A stretch of DNA of 64,000 bases, taken from positions 1-64,000 of the IMG/VR virus record IMGVR_UViG_3300042898_001439; one strand, given 5' to 3'. Origin of the DNA: a virus. The translations under genes were made by a program, and so were the position numbers. The notes under the pieces were generated by a model. That model saw only the letters and a program-made list of their open reading frames with translations. It had not been told where the DNA came from and did no database searches. Positions 1-8,378 of this stretch are shown here, one piece after another. The first letter of the stretch is position 1. Each line of letters opens with the position of its first letter.

Positions 1-1
1 C

Positions 2-103
2 TATGAAAAGATAGAAGCTATGATTACTGAAGCTGAGTCTAATGAGTTTATAGTTGAAACTGAAGACTTAGATGATGAAGATTCAGAAGATGATGAAGGC
101 TAA
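2..103 (+). CDS. 3' end of an upstream gene (acidic C-terminal tail), partial
   Basis: Frame 2 is open from the window edge: YEKIEAMITEAESNEFIVETEDLDDEDSEDDEG, then TAA at 101-103. Confidence 0.6.
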   Translation, partial: YEKIEAMITEAESNEFIVETEDLDDEDSEDDEG

Positions 104-473
104 AAAGAAAATATGCTCTGGTTGTGAGACCGAGCAATACATATGGAAGACAATTGGTAGGGACCGTTATTGTAAAGACTGTGCTGGACGCATCACACCT
201 GCAAAAAAGATTCCTGCCAAATCTTCCAAGAAAGCTGGAGAAGATCAGGTATATTCCAAATTAAGAAAGGACTACCTGACTCTTCATCCGGTTTGTAGAG
301 CAAAAGTTCCCGGTTGTACTAATGTTGCTACAGATGTACATCATAAAGCTGGCCGAGGTAAATACTATTTGATTACAACAACCTGGCTTCCAGTGTGTAG
401 AATCTGCCATAACTGGATTGAAACTCACCCTGTAGAAGCTAAAGAACTAGGTTTTTCAGAAAACAGATTATGA
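90..473 (+). CDS. HNH endonuclease with N-terminal zinc ribbon
   Basis: CSGC...CKDC ribbon, then C-x5-C...DVHHK...VCRICHNWIE HNH motif; start placed at ATG 90/93, overlapping the upstream stop. Confidence 0.8.
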   Translation: MMKAKKKICSGCETEQYIWKTIGRDRYCKDCAGRITPAKKIPAKSSKKAGEDQVYSKLRKDYLTLHPVCRAKVPGCTNVATDVHHKAGRGKYYLITTTWLPVCRICHNWIETHPVEAKELGFSENRL

Positions 474-658
474 GATTACAACTTATCAAACTTGCTAACA
501 ACGATTACTTGACAATCAATGAAATTAAACGTAGTATTATGCAGTGGATTGCACAAGATCCACATGTCTTAAAAAACTACATAACAGCGAATAGAGATAA
601 GTATAAACTCAGCATACATGCTGATCTTGAACTAAAATATAAATTAAAAAATGTCTAG
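470..658 (+). CDS. hypothetical protein (62 aa)
   Basis: ATGA overlap with the upstream gene and overlap with the downstream start. Confidence 0.55.
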   Translation: MRLQLIKLANNDYLTINEIKRSIMQWIAQDPHVLKNYITANRDKYKLSIHADLELKYKLKNV

Positions 659-1742
659 AGACAAAGTCCAATCGGAAGCGATTGTTGAAGCTAACAAACA
701 CTTCCGCTGCGGTCTTGGTATCTCAATGGGTGTCGGTAAGACCTTAATTGGTCTTACGCACATGGCTTCTCATTATAACGCTAATGCAAGATTTCTTGTA
801 GTTGCACCTAAAATATCTATATTTCAGTCTTGGAAAGACGATGCTGCTAAATTCAAAATGCAATATCTATTAGAAAAGATTGACTTTACTACTTACTTAT
901 CATTAGGTAAAAAAGATCCTTTAAAGTATACTGTTGTATATCTTGATGAATGTCACAGTCTTTTGTATTCACATAAAGACTTTCTTGACATTTATAAGAG
1001 TAAGATTCTTGGATTGACCGGTACTCCTCCAGTGAGACAGTTTACCGAAAAAGCTAAGATGGTAAATCAATATTGCCCTATTGTATTCCGTTATCAGGTA
1101 GATGAAGCAGTCAATGCGAACATCTTAAATGATTACAGAATCATAGTACATATGCTTTCTATTTCTGAAGTAAAAGACTTCAAAATCAATATGAAGAACG
1201 GTAAATCGTTTAAAACTTCAGAAAAAGAAAGATACGCTTATGCAAATAGCAAAATAATGAATAGCGTACAGGGTACTCAAGAGTATCAGTTTGCTTTAAT
1301 TAGTAGGATGACTGCCTTAAAACAGTTCAATACTAAAGAAAAATATGCTAAAGTCTTATTAGAAGAGCTTAACGGTAAGACTATTGTCTTCTGTAATACT
1401 CAAGTACAGGCTGATAGAATTTGTAAGCACAGCTACCACAGCAGTAATTACAAGTCTGAAGCTAACCTCACACTGTTTAAAGATGGTGAGATTGATAAGC
1501 TTAGTTGTGTAGATCAATTGAATGAGGGTGTTACTATACCACATCTAGATACCGGTATCATCATGCATGCATATGGTAATGAACGTAAAACTAATCAAAG
1601 AATTGGACGACTATTGCGTCTTAATCCTGATATGGTGTCCAACGTTCATATCCTATGCTATAGAGATACCATTGATACTAAATGGGTACAAGAAGCGCTT
1701 AAATCTACTGATCCAAATAAAATAACTTACTTGGAACGATGA
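651..1742 (+). CDS. superfamily 2 (DExH, ResIII-like) helicase
   Basis: Motifs MGVGKT, LDECH, GLTGTP, LNEGVTIP and QRIGRLLR. Confidence 0.9.
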   Translation: MSRDKVQSEAIVEANKHFRCGLGISMGVGKTLIGLTHMASHYNANARFLVVAPKISIFQSWKDDAAKFKMQYLLEKIDFTTYLSLGKKDPLKYTVVYLDECHSLLYSHKDFLDIYKSKILGLTGTPPVRQFTEKAKMVNQYCPIVFRYQVDEAVNANILNDYRIIVHMLSISEVKDFKINMKNGKSFKTSEKERYAYANSKIMNSVQGTQEYQFALISRMTALKQFNTKEKYAKVLLEELNGKTIVFCNTQVQADRICKHSYHSSNYKSEANLTLFKDGEIDKLSCVDQLNEGVTIPHLDTGIIMHAYGNERKTNQRIGRLLRLNPDMVSNVHILCYRDTIDTKWVQEALKSTDPNKITYLER

Positions 1743-2113
1743 GTTTTACCATTAAAATGAAAAAAGGAGAGACTGGTCTTATTCCAGTTTCTCTTGCTCA
1801 TAAATCTCTATATAGAGAATTTGTTAGCAATCTTGATAAAGATGTAATTATTGAAGTTAGCTTTAGTGCTGTAACCGTAGAGGGTACAAGACAACAAGTG
1901 AATAAACTTCACGCCACCATCAGAGAGATTTCTAACTATACCGGCCAGGATTTCGAAGACGTTAAACTCTATGTTAAACAGAAAGCCGGTTTCATTATCA
2001 TCTCATCTGAAGGTGGTGATGTGAAATCTTTTGGTGATATGAGTAAAGATGAACTGTCCGCTTGTATTCAAGCAGCAATAAATCTTAGTGAACACCTAGG
2101 ATTAAGCCTCTAG
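1739..2113 (+). CDS. NinB/YbcN-like recombination accessory protein (tentative)
   Basis: TRQQVNKLHATIREIS...SFGDMSKDELSACI pattern resembles NinB-like proteins. Confidence 0.5.
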   Translation: MSFTIKMKKGETGLIPVSLAHKSLYREFVSNLDKDVIIEVSFSAVTVEGTRQQVNKLHATIREISNYTGQDFEDVKLYVKQKAGFIIISSEGGDVKSFGDMSKDELSACIQAAINLSEHLGLSL

Positions 2114-2380
2114 AGAGTTTCCAATCTCAGTCTCTTCAATCTTTCCTTGTTGTGTAGCTTCACGCTCAATCTCATTCATTAGGACAACTAATGTTTGAAT
2201 ATGTGCAGCAAGAGGCTCATCAATCTTATCACCATTAATCTTATCAAAGATTTCCTGGATCCGTTGTGGTTCAAGAGACTCAAGCATGTACATAATTAAG
2301 TGTTGAACTCTTGCATAGAAAGATCCGTTTACTTCAATCTTAATAATTGAATCCTCTTTAATTGTTGGAATAGTTGCCAT
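2102..2380 (-). CDS. hypothetical acidic helical protein (92 aa), opposite strand
   Basis: Fills the gap between two + genes exactly; protein-like composition; no competing + ORF in the track. Confidence 0.7.
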   Translation of the reverse strand: MATIPTIKEDSIIKIEVNGSFYARVQHLIMYMLESLEPQRIQEIFDKINGDKIDEPLAAHIQTLVVLMNEIEREATQQGKIEETEIGNSLEA

Positions 2381-3098
2381 GACAAACGTTGAAATTAATA
2401 CTGTAGAAATAGCTCAGAAGCTTTATGAAAAACTAAAAGGTACCGGTTGGGATGAAGCATTACGCACATACTTACTGGGAGATAGTTTTCAAACTCTTCT
2501 AAATGAGCTAGTAAAATTACGTAATGAGGGTAAAAGAATTACACCTTCCCTTAAAAATGTTTTTAGAGCATTCCAAGAGTGCCCTGCAAGCACTGTAAAG
2601 GTCGTAATGATAGGACAGGACCCCTATCCACAATTTAATGTAGCTGATGGTATTGCTTTCTCTTGCGGAAATACTAAATATCCAGAAGCATCTTTAAGGT
2701 ACATGCTGAAGGAAATATCCTTAACTGTACCTGAAAATCAAAAAGACCCCGTACAATCTGCAGATCTTAAACGATGGTCTAATCAAGGTTTACTAATGAT
2801 TAACTGTGCTCTTACAACAAACATTGGAGAAATTGGTAAACATTATGAGCTTTGGTCAGACTTTATTACTCACGTGTTGGACTATCTTGCATGGAACAAC
2901 CAAGGTATCGTTTATGTTATGCTTGGTAAGAAAGCTCAAGAATGGGATGATTGTATCTATGATAGCAATTACAAAATTCACGTGAGCCATCCTGCCAGCG
3001 CTGCTTATAATAAAGAATCTAGATGGAACAGCAACAATTTATTCAATCAAGTGAACGAATATTTGACCTCAGTCAACCAGACATCAATTATCTGGTAA
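2379..3098 (+). CDS. ung: uracil-DNA glycosylase, family 1
   Basis: VKVVMIGQDPYP, ADGIAFS, QGLLMINCALT and SHPAS motifs. Confidence 0.95.
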   Translation: MTNVEINTVEIAQKLYEKLKGTGWDEALRTYLLGDSFQTLLNELVKLRNEGKRITPSLKNVFRAFQECPASTVKVVMIGQDPYPQFNVADGIAFSCGNTKYPEASLRYMLKEISLTVPENQKDPVQSADLKRWSNQGLLMINCALTTNIGEIGKHYELWSDFITHVLDYLAWNNQGIVYVMLGKKAQEWDDCIYDSNYKIHVSHPASAAYNKESRWNSNNLFNQVNEYLTSVNQTSIIW

Positions 3099-3619
3099 CA
3101 AACTATTCTCCTAAAATACTGAAAGTATATTTAGAAAGAGTATTGTATTATATGTATGAAGCTGAAGATGATGGTAGTAGAAAGACCGGATCTATAGTTG
3201 TTAGAGCTGCTATTTCTAATTCTATGAAAAAGTATACAGCTTTTTCGTTAGCGTCCATTGGAAGCGCCCTAGGTAAAAATCATGCTACTGTTATACATCA
3301 AAACAGAAACCATGAGATTTACTATAAAAGCTTTCCTGAATATCGTACATATTATGATCACTGCTGTTTTATAGTAAAAAATATTTCTAAGCTGGTTGTA
3401 AAAGCTGCCAATTCTTATATTGATCTGTCAAAGCAAAACATTGACTATATGGAGCAACTTAAGAGAGAAGAGAAAACCAGACAAAGAAAACTAGACAAAC
3501 TAGGAGGTACTATTCGTTCTATTAAAAGTATTCTTAATAAAACTATAACTAATCAAGAGAAACTATATCTTATTGATGAGGTTATAAAAAAGAAAGGGGA
3601 TCTTATAGACCCCCTTTAA
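3023..3619 (+). CDS. DNA-binding protein with DnaA domain IV-like HTH and C-terminal coiled coil
   Basis: SLASIGSALGKNHATVIHQ matches the DnaA-C signature SL..IG..FG.RDHTTV.H. Confidence 0.6.
   Translation: MEQQQFIQSSERIFDLSQPDINYLVTNYSPKILKVYLERVLYYMYEAEDDGSRKTGSIVVRAAISNSMKKYTAFSLASIGSALGKNHATVIHQNRNHEIYYKSFPEYRTYYDHCCFIVKNISKLVVKAANSYIDLSKQNIDYMEQLKREEKTRQRKLDKLGGTIRSIKSILNKTITNQEKLYLIDEVIKKKGDLIDPL
3586..3617 (-). terminator. intrinsic terminator ending the minus-strand lysis cassette
   Basis: Minus strand AAAGGGGGUCU-AUA-AGAUCCCCUUU followed by CUUUUUU. Confidence 0.7.
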
Positions 3620-3651
3620 GCAATACTACATCGTGCATCAGTACGCTTCAC

Positions 3652-4062
3652 CTACAAGAAAAGAATAGTTAAAGCCCCAATACCAATACCAACAAGAGTA
3701 CCACTAATAAAGGATTTCTTCACTTTCCCCTGAATAATAGTTTTTTCTTCATTACAAATGGAGATAATTTTATCTTTCTCGGTAATGATTAATTCCAAGT
3801 TATTGATCTTAAGATCCTTGGTTTGAATAATTTGGTCTTGAATAGTGACCTGAGACTTTAATTTTGTTAGAATATCGGACAATATCCTGTTTTCTTTACG
3901 AACAAGATCTCCTTCTTCTAAATCAACAACAACGAGTTTAGCCATTTCTACCGGGAGGCAGATGATGGTGTCTTTAGTTGTTGTTATAGCGGTTTGAGAA
4001 ATACTCGGTAAGCTCATTACTAGAAAGCTTACTAATAGAATCAATTCTTTTTTTGTAATCAT
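3652..4062 (-). CDS. spanin-like protein (signal peptide, coiled coil, C-terminal TM)
   Basis: MITKKELILLVSFLVMSLPSIS|Q signal, heptad region, C-terminal FISGTLVGIGIGALTILFL; overlaps the upstream Rz-like gene. Confidence 0.55.
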   Translation of the reverse strand: MITKKELILLVSFLVMSLPSISQTAITTTKDTIICLPVEMAKLVVVDLEEGDLVRKENRILSDILTKLKSQVTIQDQIIQTKDLKINNLELIITEKDKIISICNEEKTIIQGKVKKSFISGTLVGIGIGALTILFL

Positions 4063-4306
4063 TTTTGATTTTTTGTAATTGTTTTTCATCTGCGTTGATC
4101 TCTCTTCCTAGAGAGTCAACCTGTAAAACTAGCACATCTGTAAAGATATCTATAGAATCATTGGCTAGTCTTAGACTATCCACTCTTTGCTCTGAAAGCT
4201 CCTTGAGCTTTTCTAATTCATTCATGGTTTTGCGTCCTTCTCTCAAAAGGTATAGCTGGCCTACAATGATTACAGCAAAAATCAGCAAGATGATTCTTTT
4301 AAGCAT
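3974..4306 (-). CDS. i-spanin (Rz)-like protein
   Basis: N-terminal TM (IILLIFAVIIVGQLYLL) followed by a long coiled coil. Confidence 0.55.
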   Translation of the reverse strand: MLKRIILLIFAVIIVGQLYLLREGRKTMNELEKLKELSEQRVDSLRLANDSIDIFTDVLVLQVDSLGREINADEKQLQKIKNDYKKRIDSISKLSSNELTEYFSNRYNNN

Positions 4307-4595
4307 TTTTTATGGGTTTAACTTTTTTTTGTTCGTCTCTATACAATACAAGATCCGGAAGCACCAAACTAGCTTCTCGTGTTTTTTTGTTATAGAGGTG
4401 ATCCTCAATACGTAAGAATCTTGTCTCAAGATTGTCAATACGGACTTTGTCTTGAGCACTTTGGTTTAGTAGAAGCTTTATATCACTCTTCATCTCTTGC
4501 ATGTCTTGATACAGCATCATAGAGACAAAAGATAGTAAAGCTGGAGTAATCCAACTTTTAACTTCTTTTAAGATGTTAGAACTATTCTGTTCCAT
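4299..4595 (-). CDS. small membrane protein, holin/antiholin-like
   Basis: Single TM (WITPALLSFVSMML) plus coiled coil; first gene of the cassette. Confidence 0.45.
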   Translation of the reverse strand: MEQNSSNILKEVKSWITPALLSFVSMMLYQDMQEMKSDIKLLLNQSAQDKVRIDNLETRFLRIEDHLYNKKTREASLVLPDLVLYRDEQKKVKPIKNA

Positions 4596-4603
4596 AGTTT
4601 TAT

Positions 4604-4783
4604 AAAAAACACAGGACCCCGTCGCTCTTTGAGAAAGTGAAGAAAGCCCCTGCTATTAAGAAGATAATTTACAATACGACCACCACCACGGTACTTTGCC
4701 ACGGTGGTTGCAAGGTGGAGTCCTGGCCGGCTCGCAAGCCTAACATTTCGTATCTTGCAATACCTTGAGAGCATATCCCTCAC
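4604..4783 (-). ncRNA. candidate structured RNA (about 180 nt) upstream of the lysis cassette
   Basis: GC-rich intergenic region with nested stems that pair with G-U wobbles on the minus strand (CAGGACUCC/GGGGUCCUG, CCUUGC/GCAGGG, ACCACCGUGG/CCGUGGUGGU, UGAGGG/CUCUCA); ends in UGUUUUUU. Confidence 0.55.
4746..4760 (+). promoter_or_regulatory. Bacteroidota-type -7 promoter element for the replication operon
   Basis: TTTCGTATCTTGCAA resembles TAnnTTTG, about 55 nt upstream of ATG 4815. Confidence 0.45.
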
Positions 4784-4814
4784 TTATAAAATAACACATA
4801 ATTTTGATATTTCA
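4781..4814 (-). promoter_or_regulatory. putative late-type promoter
   Basis: Minus strand TGAAATATCAAAATTATGTGTTATTTTATAAGTG, similar to motifs at 21354, 28331, 49511, 53630 and 63488. Confidence 0.4.
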
Positions 4815-5420
4815 ATGGAGGGACTATACAAATTGTGCTTAAAGCATGATATTACCCCAAATGAATTGATGGTATTGTATGCAATATCCATTAACCATAT
4901 TGCTCCTGAAAGGATTAAAAGGGATTTAAGCATAAGAGATATGATCTCTAGAGACCTAGTTAGTATTGTTGATAGGAAACCTATTCTCAGTACAAAGGGC
5001 AAAGCTTTACTGGATCAGTCAATTGGCTTATTTCTAAAGAGTCAAACTAAAAGAGATCTTACTAAAGATCCCACTTTCCTTGATAATGTAGATAAATACC
5101 AGAGTCTCTGGCCTAAAGTAAACCGTATTATTAATGGTCGTAAGTATCCTCTAAGAGATCCAATCAAAGAGGTTATTCAAGCTTTTAATAAGTTCTTTAC
5201 TGATTACCCTAATGAAGAATGGAATATAATATTTGAGGTCACACAAAAATATATCAATGGTCACAGAGACAATATGGACTATATGTTAGGGTCTAAGACT
5301 TTTATTTATAAAATGGAGGGAGGTATGAGTAAATCAAGACTTGCTGCTGAGATTGAATCTCGTGATAGCACATCTGATGATGACTTTGTACCAGACTTCT
5401 TTAGACCTAAATCTGTATGA
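4815..5420 (+). CDS. putative replication initiator / helicase loader (wHTH plus helical domain)
   Basis: N-terminal ITPNELMVLYAI...DLVSIV wHTH-like region, DKYQSLWPK motif, directly upstream of the DnaB-like gene; ATG 4815 preferred over the track's start at 4704. Confidence 0.5.
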   Translation: MEGLYKLCLKHDITPNELMVLYAISINHIAPERIKRDLSIRDMISRDLVSIVDRKPILSTKGKALLDQSIGLFLKSQTKRDLTKDPTFLDNVDKYQSLWPKVNRIINGRKYPLRDPIKEVIQAFNKFFTDYPNEEWNIIFEVTQKYINGHRDNMDYMLGSKTFIYKMEGGMSKSRLAAEIESRDSTSDDDFVPDFFRPKSV

Positions 5421-6385
5421 GTGAATTTTTTGAATCATCTGCAATACACCAGTCGGAGTATTACAAGCAGGCAATCAAACATATTAAAGATCGTAAAGCT
5501 GGATTAATTACTTCATTTAAAACACCCTGGGAAAAACTAAACAATGAAACCCTGGATGGCTTTGAATGGAAGACTATGGTTGTTGTTGCTGCACGTTCTA
5601 GTGTTGGTAAGACTGCAATCAAAGATCAGATTATACGATCAGCTCACCACTTAAACCCAAACACTCAGTTTGAAGTTGTTGAGTTTCAGTTTGAATTACC
5701 ACCTGTACGCCATGTAATCCGTCAGCTTGCTGGCTATACAAATATGCCGTACAGTAAAATCCAATCAAAATCAGGGTTATCCGACTCTGACTTTGAAAAG
5801 ATCAAACTAAATGCTCAAAACATCGTAAAGAATCTTCCTTTACCATATGTAATCAGTAGACCCTTAACGGTTGAAGGACTACGTAAAGAAATAGAATACC
5901 ATTGTGGTGTAAAGTTTCCAGGTAAAAAGATTCTGTACACTCTTGATCATGCGGGTCTTGTTCTTAGAAATTCTAAATCTACAGAACGTGATACACTGAT
6001 TGAGTTGGCAGCCATGATAACAGAGATGAAGAATAAGTATGACTTAATCTTTGTATTGTTAGCACAGCTAAACCGTAATATAGAAAGACCAGAGAGAAAC
6101 GTTGACGGTTCTCCTGGTAACTTTATTACATCATCCGACATAATGGGCTCAGATGCTTTAATGCAGCATGCTGACATACTTATTGGAGCTAACAGACCCG
6201 GAATGTTTAACATTAGATACTACGGTCCAATGAGATATCAGATTACCACACGGTATGACACGGTATTTCATATGATTAAGAATCGTGATGGTGAAGCCGG
6301 TCAGTTGCTTTGGTTTAAGTTTGAAGGTTCCACTATGTCATTAGAGGAAATGGATGCTCCTAATTGTAAAGAAAATCTATTTTAA
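5417..6385 (+). CDS. dnaB: DnaB-like replicative helicase (SF4)
   Basis: AARSSVGKT Walker A, YTLDH, LAQLNR, QHADILI and KNRDG motifs. Confidence 0.9.
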   Translation: MSEFFESSAIHQSEYYKQAIKHIKDRKAGLITSFKTPWEKLNNETLDGFEWKTMVVVAARSSVGKTAIKDQIIRSAHHLNPNTQFEVVEFQFELPPVRHVIRQLAGYTNMPYSKIQSKSGLSDSDFEKIKLNAQNIVKNLPLPYVISRPLTVEGLRKEIEYHCGVKFPGKKILYTLDHAGLVLRNSKSTERDTLIELAAMITEMKNKYDLIFVLLAQLNRNIERPERNVDGSPGNFITSSDIMGSDALMQHADILIGANRPGMFNIRYYGPMRYQITTRYDTVFHMIKNRDGEAGQLLWFKFEGSTMSLEEMDAPNCKENLF

Positions 6386-6936
6386 TGACACATATTGAAT
6401 TTAAAAAGGAAGCATTATACTTCCATGCACAAACACTAGCAAATTTTGGAGAAGACGTTGATAATTGCTTCTTCAAGCCCGTACTAGAAGGCAACAAACC
6501 ACAAATTGGTTCTGGTAGATACATCTTCCTGTTTAAGAAAGAACTTGAGCAAATGGCACGTACACATGCTGCTTACTTTGAGTTTGCTCGTAAATATGAT
6601 GATGGCGCTTGGGGACCAAAAAGTGATAAGAGAGAGTTGTATAAGCTCGTTCATAATGGATATCCTGATGAACATGCTATTCCAACCAGTGATGATGGGG
6701 AAGGCTTTGCTATCTCTACAGATGAACTTATCATGGTAATGGACTACACTCCACCAACAGTTAATCTTGATCAACCTGTAAAGATTAGTGTTGCACACAA
6801 TACTAATTATCAAACAAAGGTTTCATCGAATTATCAACCACAGTTAAACTTTCAAAGTTTAAGTAGTATCTTAGACAAACGAGTCACGGATGCAACACTC
6901 GGAGATTTAGTTGAAGCTTTTAAAACATTAAGGTAA
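6385..6936 (+). CDS. hypothetical protein
   Basis: 183 aa ORF with TAATG overlaps at both ends. Confidence 0.75.
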   Translation: MTHIEFKKEALYFHAQTLANFGEDVDNCFFKPVLEGNKPQIGSGRYIFLFKKELEQMARTHAAYFEFARKYDDGAWGPKSDKRELYKLVHNGYPDEHAIPTSDDGEGFAISTDELIMVMDYTPPTVNLDQPVKISVAHNTNYQTKVSSNYQPQLNFQSLSSILDKRVTDATLGDLVEAFKTLR

Positions 6937-7625
6937 TGGCACATTCAGTATTGATTATTGGTGAATCTGGTAGTGGTAAGTCTACAGGTATTCGTAATTT
7001 GAATCCTGCAGAAACGGTAATCTTTAATACGGCAAATAAACCTTTGCCCTTTAAAGGTTGGAAGAGTAAGTACTCTGCTGAAAATAAGAATCTTCTTTCA
7101 CTTACAGATATTGTAGGTGATGACGGCAGAGTAAACTTTTCTAAATTAAGTAAAGTGTTTGGAAGAGTAAATGAGCGCACAGAGATCAAAAATTTTGTAA
7201 TTGATGATTTCCAGTACTTGTTTGCATTTGAATACTTTGCTCGCGCAAATGAGAAAGGTTATGACAAGTTTACTCAATTAGCTAAAGCTATGAGTGATAT
7301 TGCCACAGCCCCCATCACATTGCGTGATGACTTAATGGTTTACTTCCTAACACATGCTGAAGAAGCATATGATACGGAAGGTAACCGCAAAGTGAAAGCT
7401 AAAACAATCGGTAAGATGATTGACAATGTGCTGACACTTGAGGGACTCTTTTCTATAGTGCTATTTGCAAAAGCAAAGAAAACTAAAGAAGGAATTGAAT
7501 ATCTATTTGAGACTGAGACGAACGGTGAGAATACCTGTAAGGCCCCAATGGAGATGTTTAATTCTAAAGAGATCTCTAACGATCTTCAATTTGTAAGAGA
7601 AGCAATTATTAACTACGAAAATTAA
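6936..7625 (+). CDS. AAA_24 / Sak4-like ATPase (ssDNA-annealing family)
   Basis: IIGESGSGKST, VIDDFQYL, FLTH and KTIGKM motifs; upstream of an SSB-like gene. Confidence 0.85.
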   Translation: MAHSVLIIGESGSGKSTGIRNLNPAETVIFNTANKPLPFKGWKSKYSAENKNLLSLTDIVGDDGRVNFSKLSKVFGRVNERTEIKNFVIDDFQYLFAFEYFARANEKGYDKFTQLAKAMSDIATAPITLRDDLMVYFLTHAEEAYDTEGNRKVKAKTIGKMIDNVLTLEGLFSIVLFAKAKKTKEGIEYLFETETNGENTCKAPMEMFNSKEISNDLQFVREAIINYEN

Positions 7626-7627
7626 TT

Positions 7628-8317
7628 ATGTCATTTTCAACTAAAGGTATTGATACCACCCCTAAAAAAGAGATCGGCCCTGATAAGAGCCTTGGTCTTG
7701 GTAACCACACTGTTCGCGTATACGGAATTGAGCTACGTTCAATGCCTTATAACGAAGAGCAAATGGAACTCGTACTTACTCTTGTAGGTAAGTCTAATAA
7801 TCCAAACTTCGAGGGATGGTCAATTGATATGGATAACCCTAATAAGGGAAATTTTCCTGGTCCAATGTCACGTGTTGCAACTAGTCCGTTTAAGTTTGAG
7901 TCTAAAACTCTTACTGATGGTACTCGTATTGACCGTGATGCTCAAATTATGAAAACTATTGCTCACTTATCTGATGAGCTTGGTGTACGTAATGATGTTG
8001 ACGAGGTAGACGCTGCTACTCTTCAAGAGTATGTACAAGCAGTATCTCATATTTTCCGTTCAGCAAAATCTAAATTGAACGTTCTTATTGGAGGTTCTAA
8101 GTACTTGAACAAAGAAGGTAAACTTCGTACTAACTACTCTTTTCCTTATTTGAAGAAAGGACGTGCTTTTCAAAACGCTGAGGCTGAAGAAAACATTGTT
8201 CCAGCATATGAGGAAACGGTTCATCTATATGTTCCAGAGAAAGTCAAGAGTGCTCTTGTTCAAGAATCACAAGTTTCATCAGCTCCTGTTTCACAGGATG
8301 ATGATCTTGATTGGTAA
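7628..8317 (+). CDS. putative single-stranded DNA-binding protein
   Basis: Beta-rich N-terminus, acidic-aromatic tail DDDLDW, position after Sak4. Confidence 0.6.
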   Translation: MSFSTKGIDTTPKKEIGPDKSLGLGNHTVRVYGIELRSMPYNEEQMELVLTLVGKSNNPNFEGWSIDMDNPNKGNFPGPMSRVATSPFKFESKTLTDGTRIDRDAQIMKTIAHLSDELGVRNDVDEVDAATLQEYVQAVSHIFRSAKSKLNVLIGGSKYLNKEGKLRTNYSFPYLKKGRAFQNAEAEENIVPAYEETVHLYVPEKVKSALVQESQVSSAPVSQDDDLDW

Positions 8318-8338
8318 GATTCTTTAAGATAAATTGAT

Positions 8339-8368
8339 AAGGGGTGGTTTTCCACCCCTTTTCTTTTT
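8339..8368 (+). terminator. intrinsic terminator
   Basis: AAGGGGTGG-TTTT-CCACCCCTT followed by TTCTTTTT. Confidence 0.85.
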
Positions 8369-8378
8369 ACTTTTGGGT

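Noticed and set aside
4568-4783. 71-aa minus ORF, and the GTG-start extension of the + ORF from 4704
   Set aside because: Atypical composition; both overlay the GC-rich stem-loop region, which is better explained as RNA structure
8334-8378. N-terminal extension MIRGGFPPLFFLLLG of the primase, resembling a signal peptide
   Set aside because: It is the translation of the terminator hairpin and T-tract; the likely start is ATG 8379
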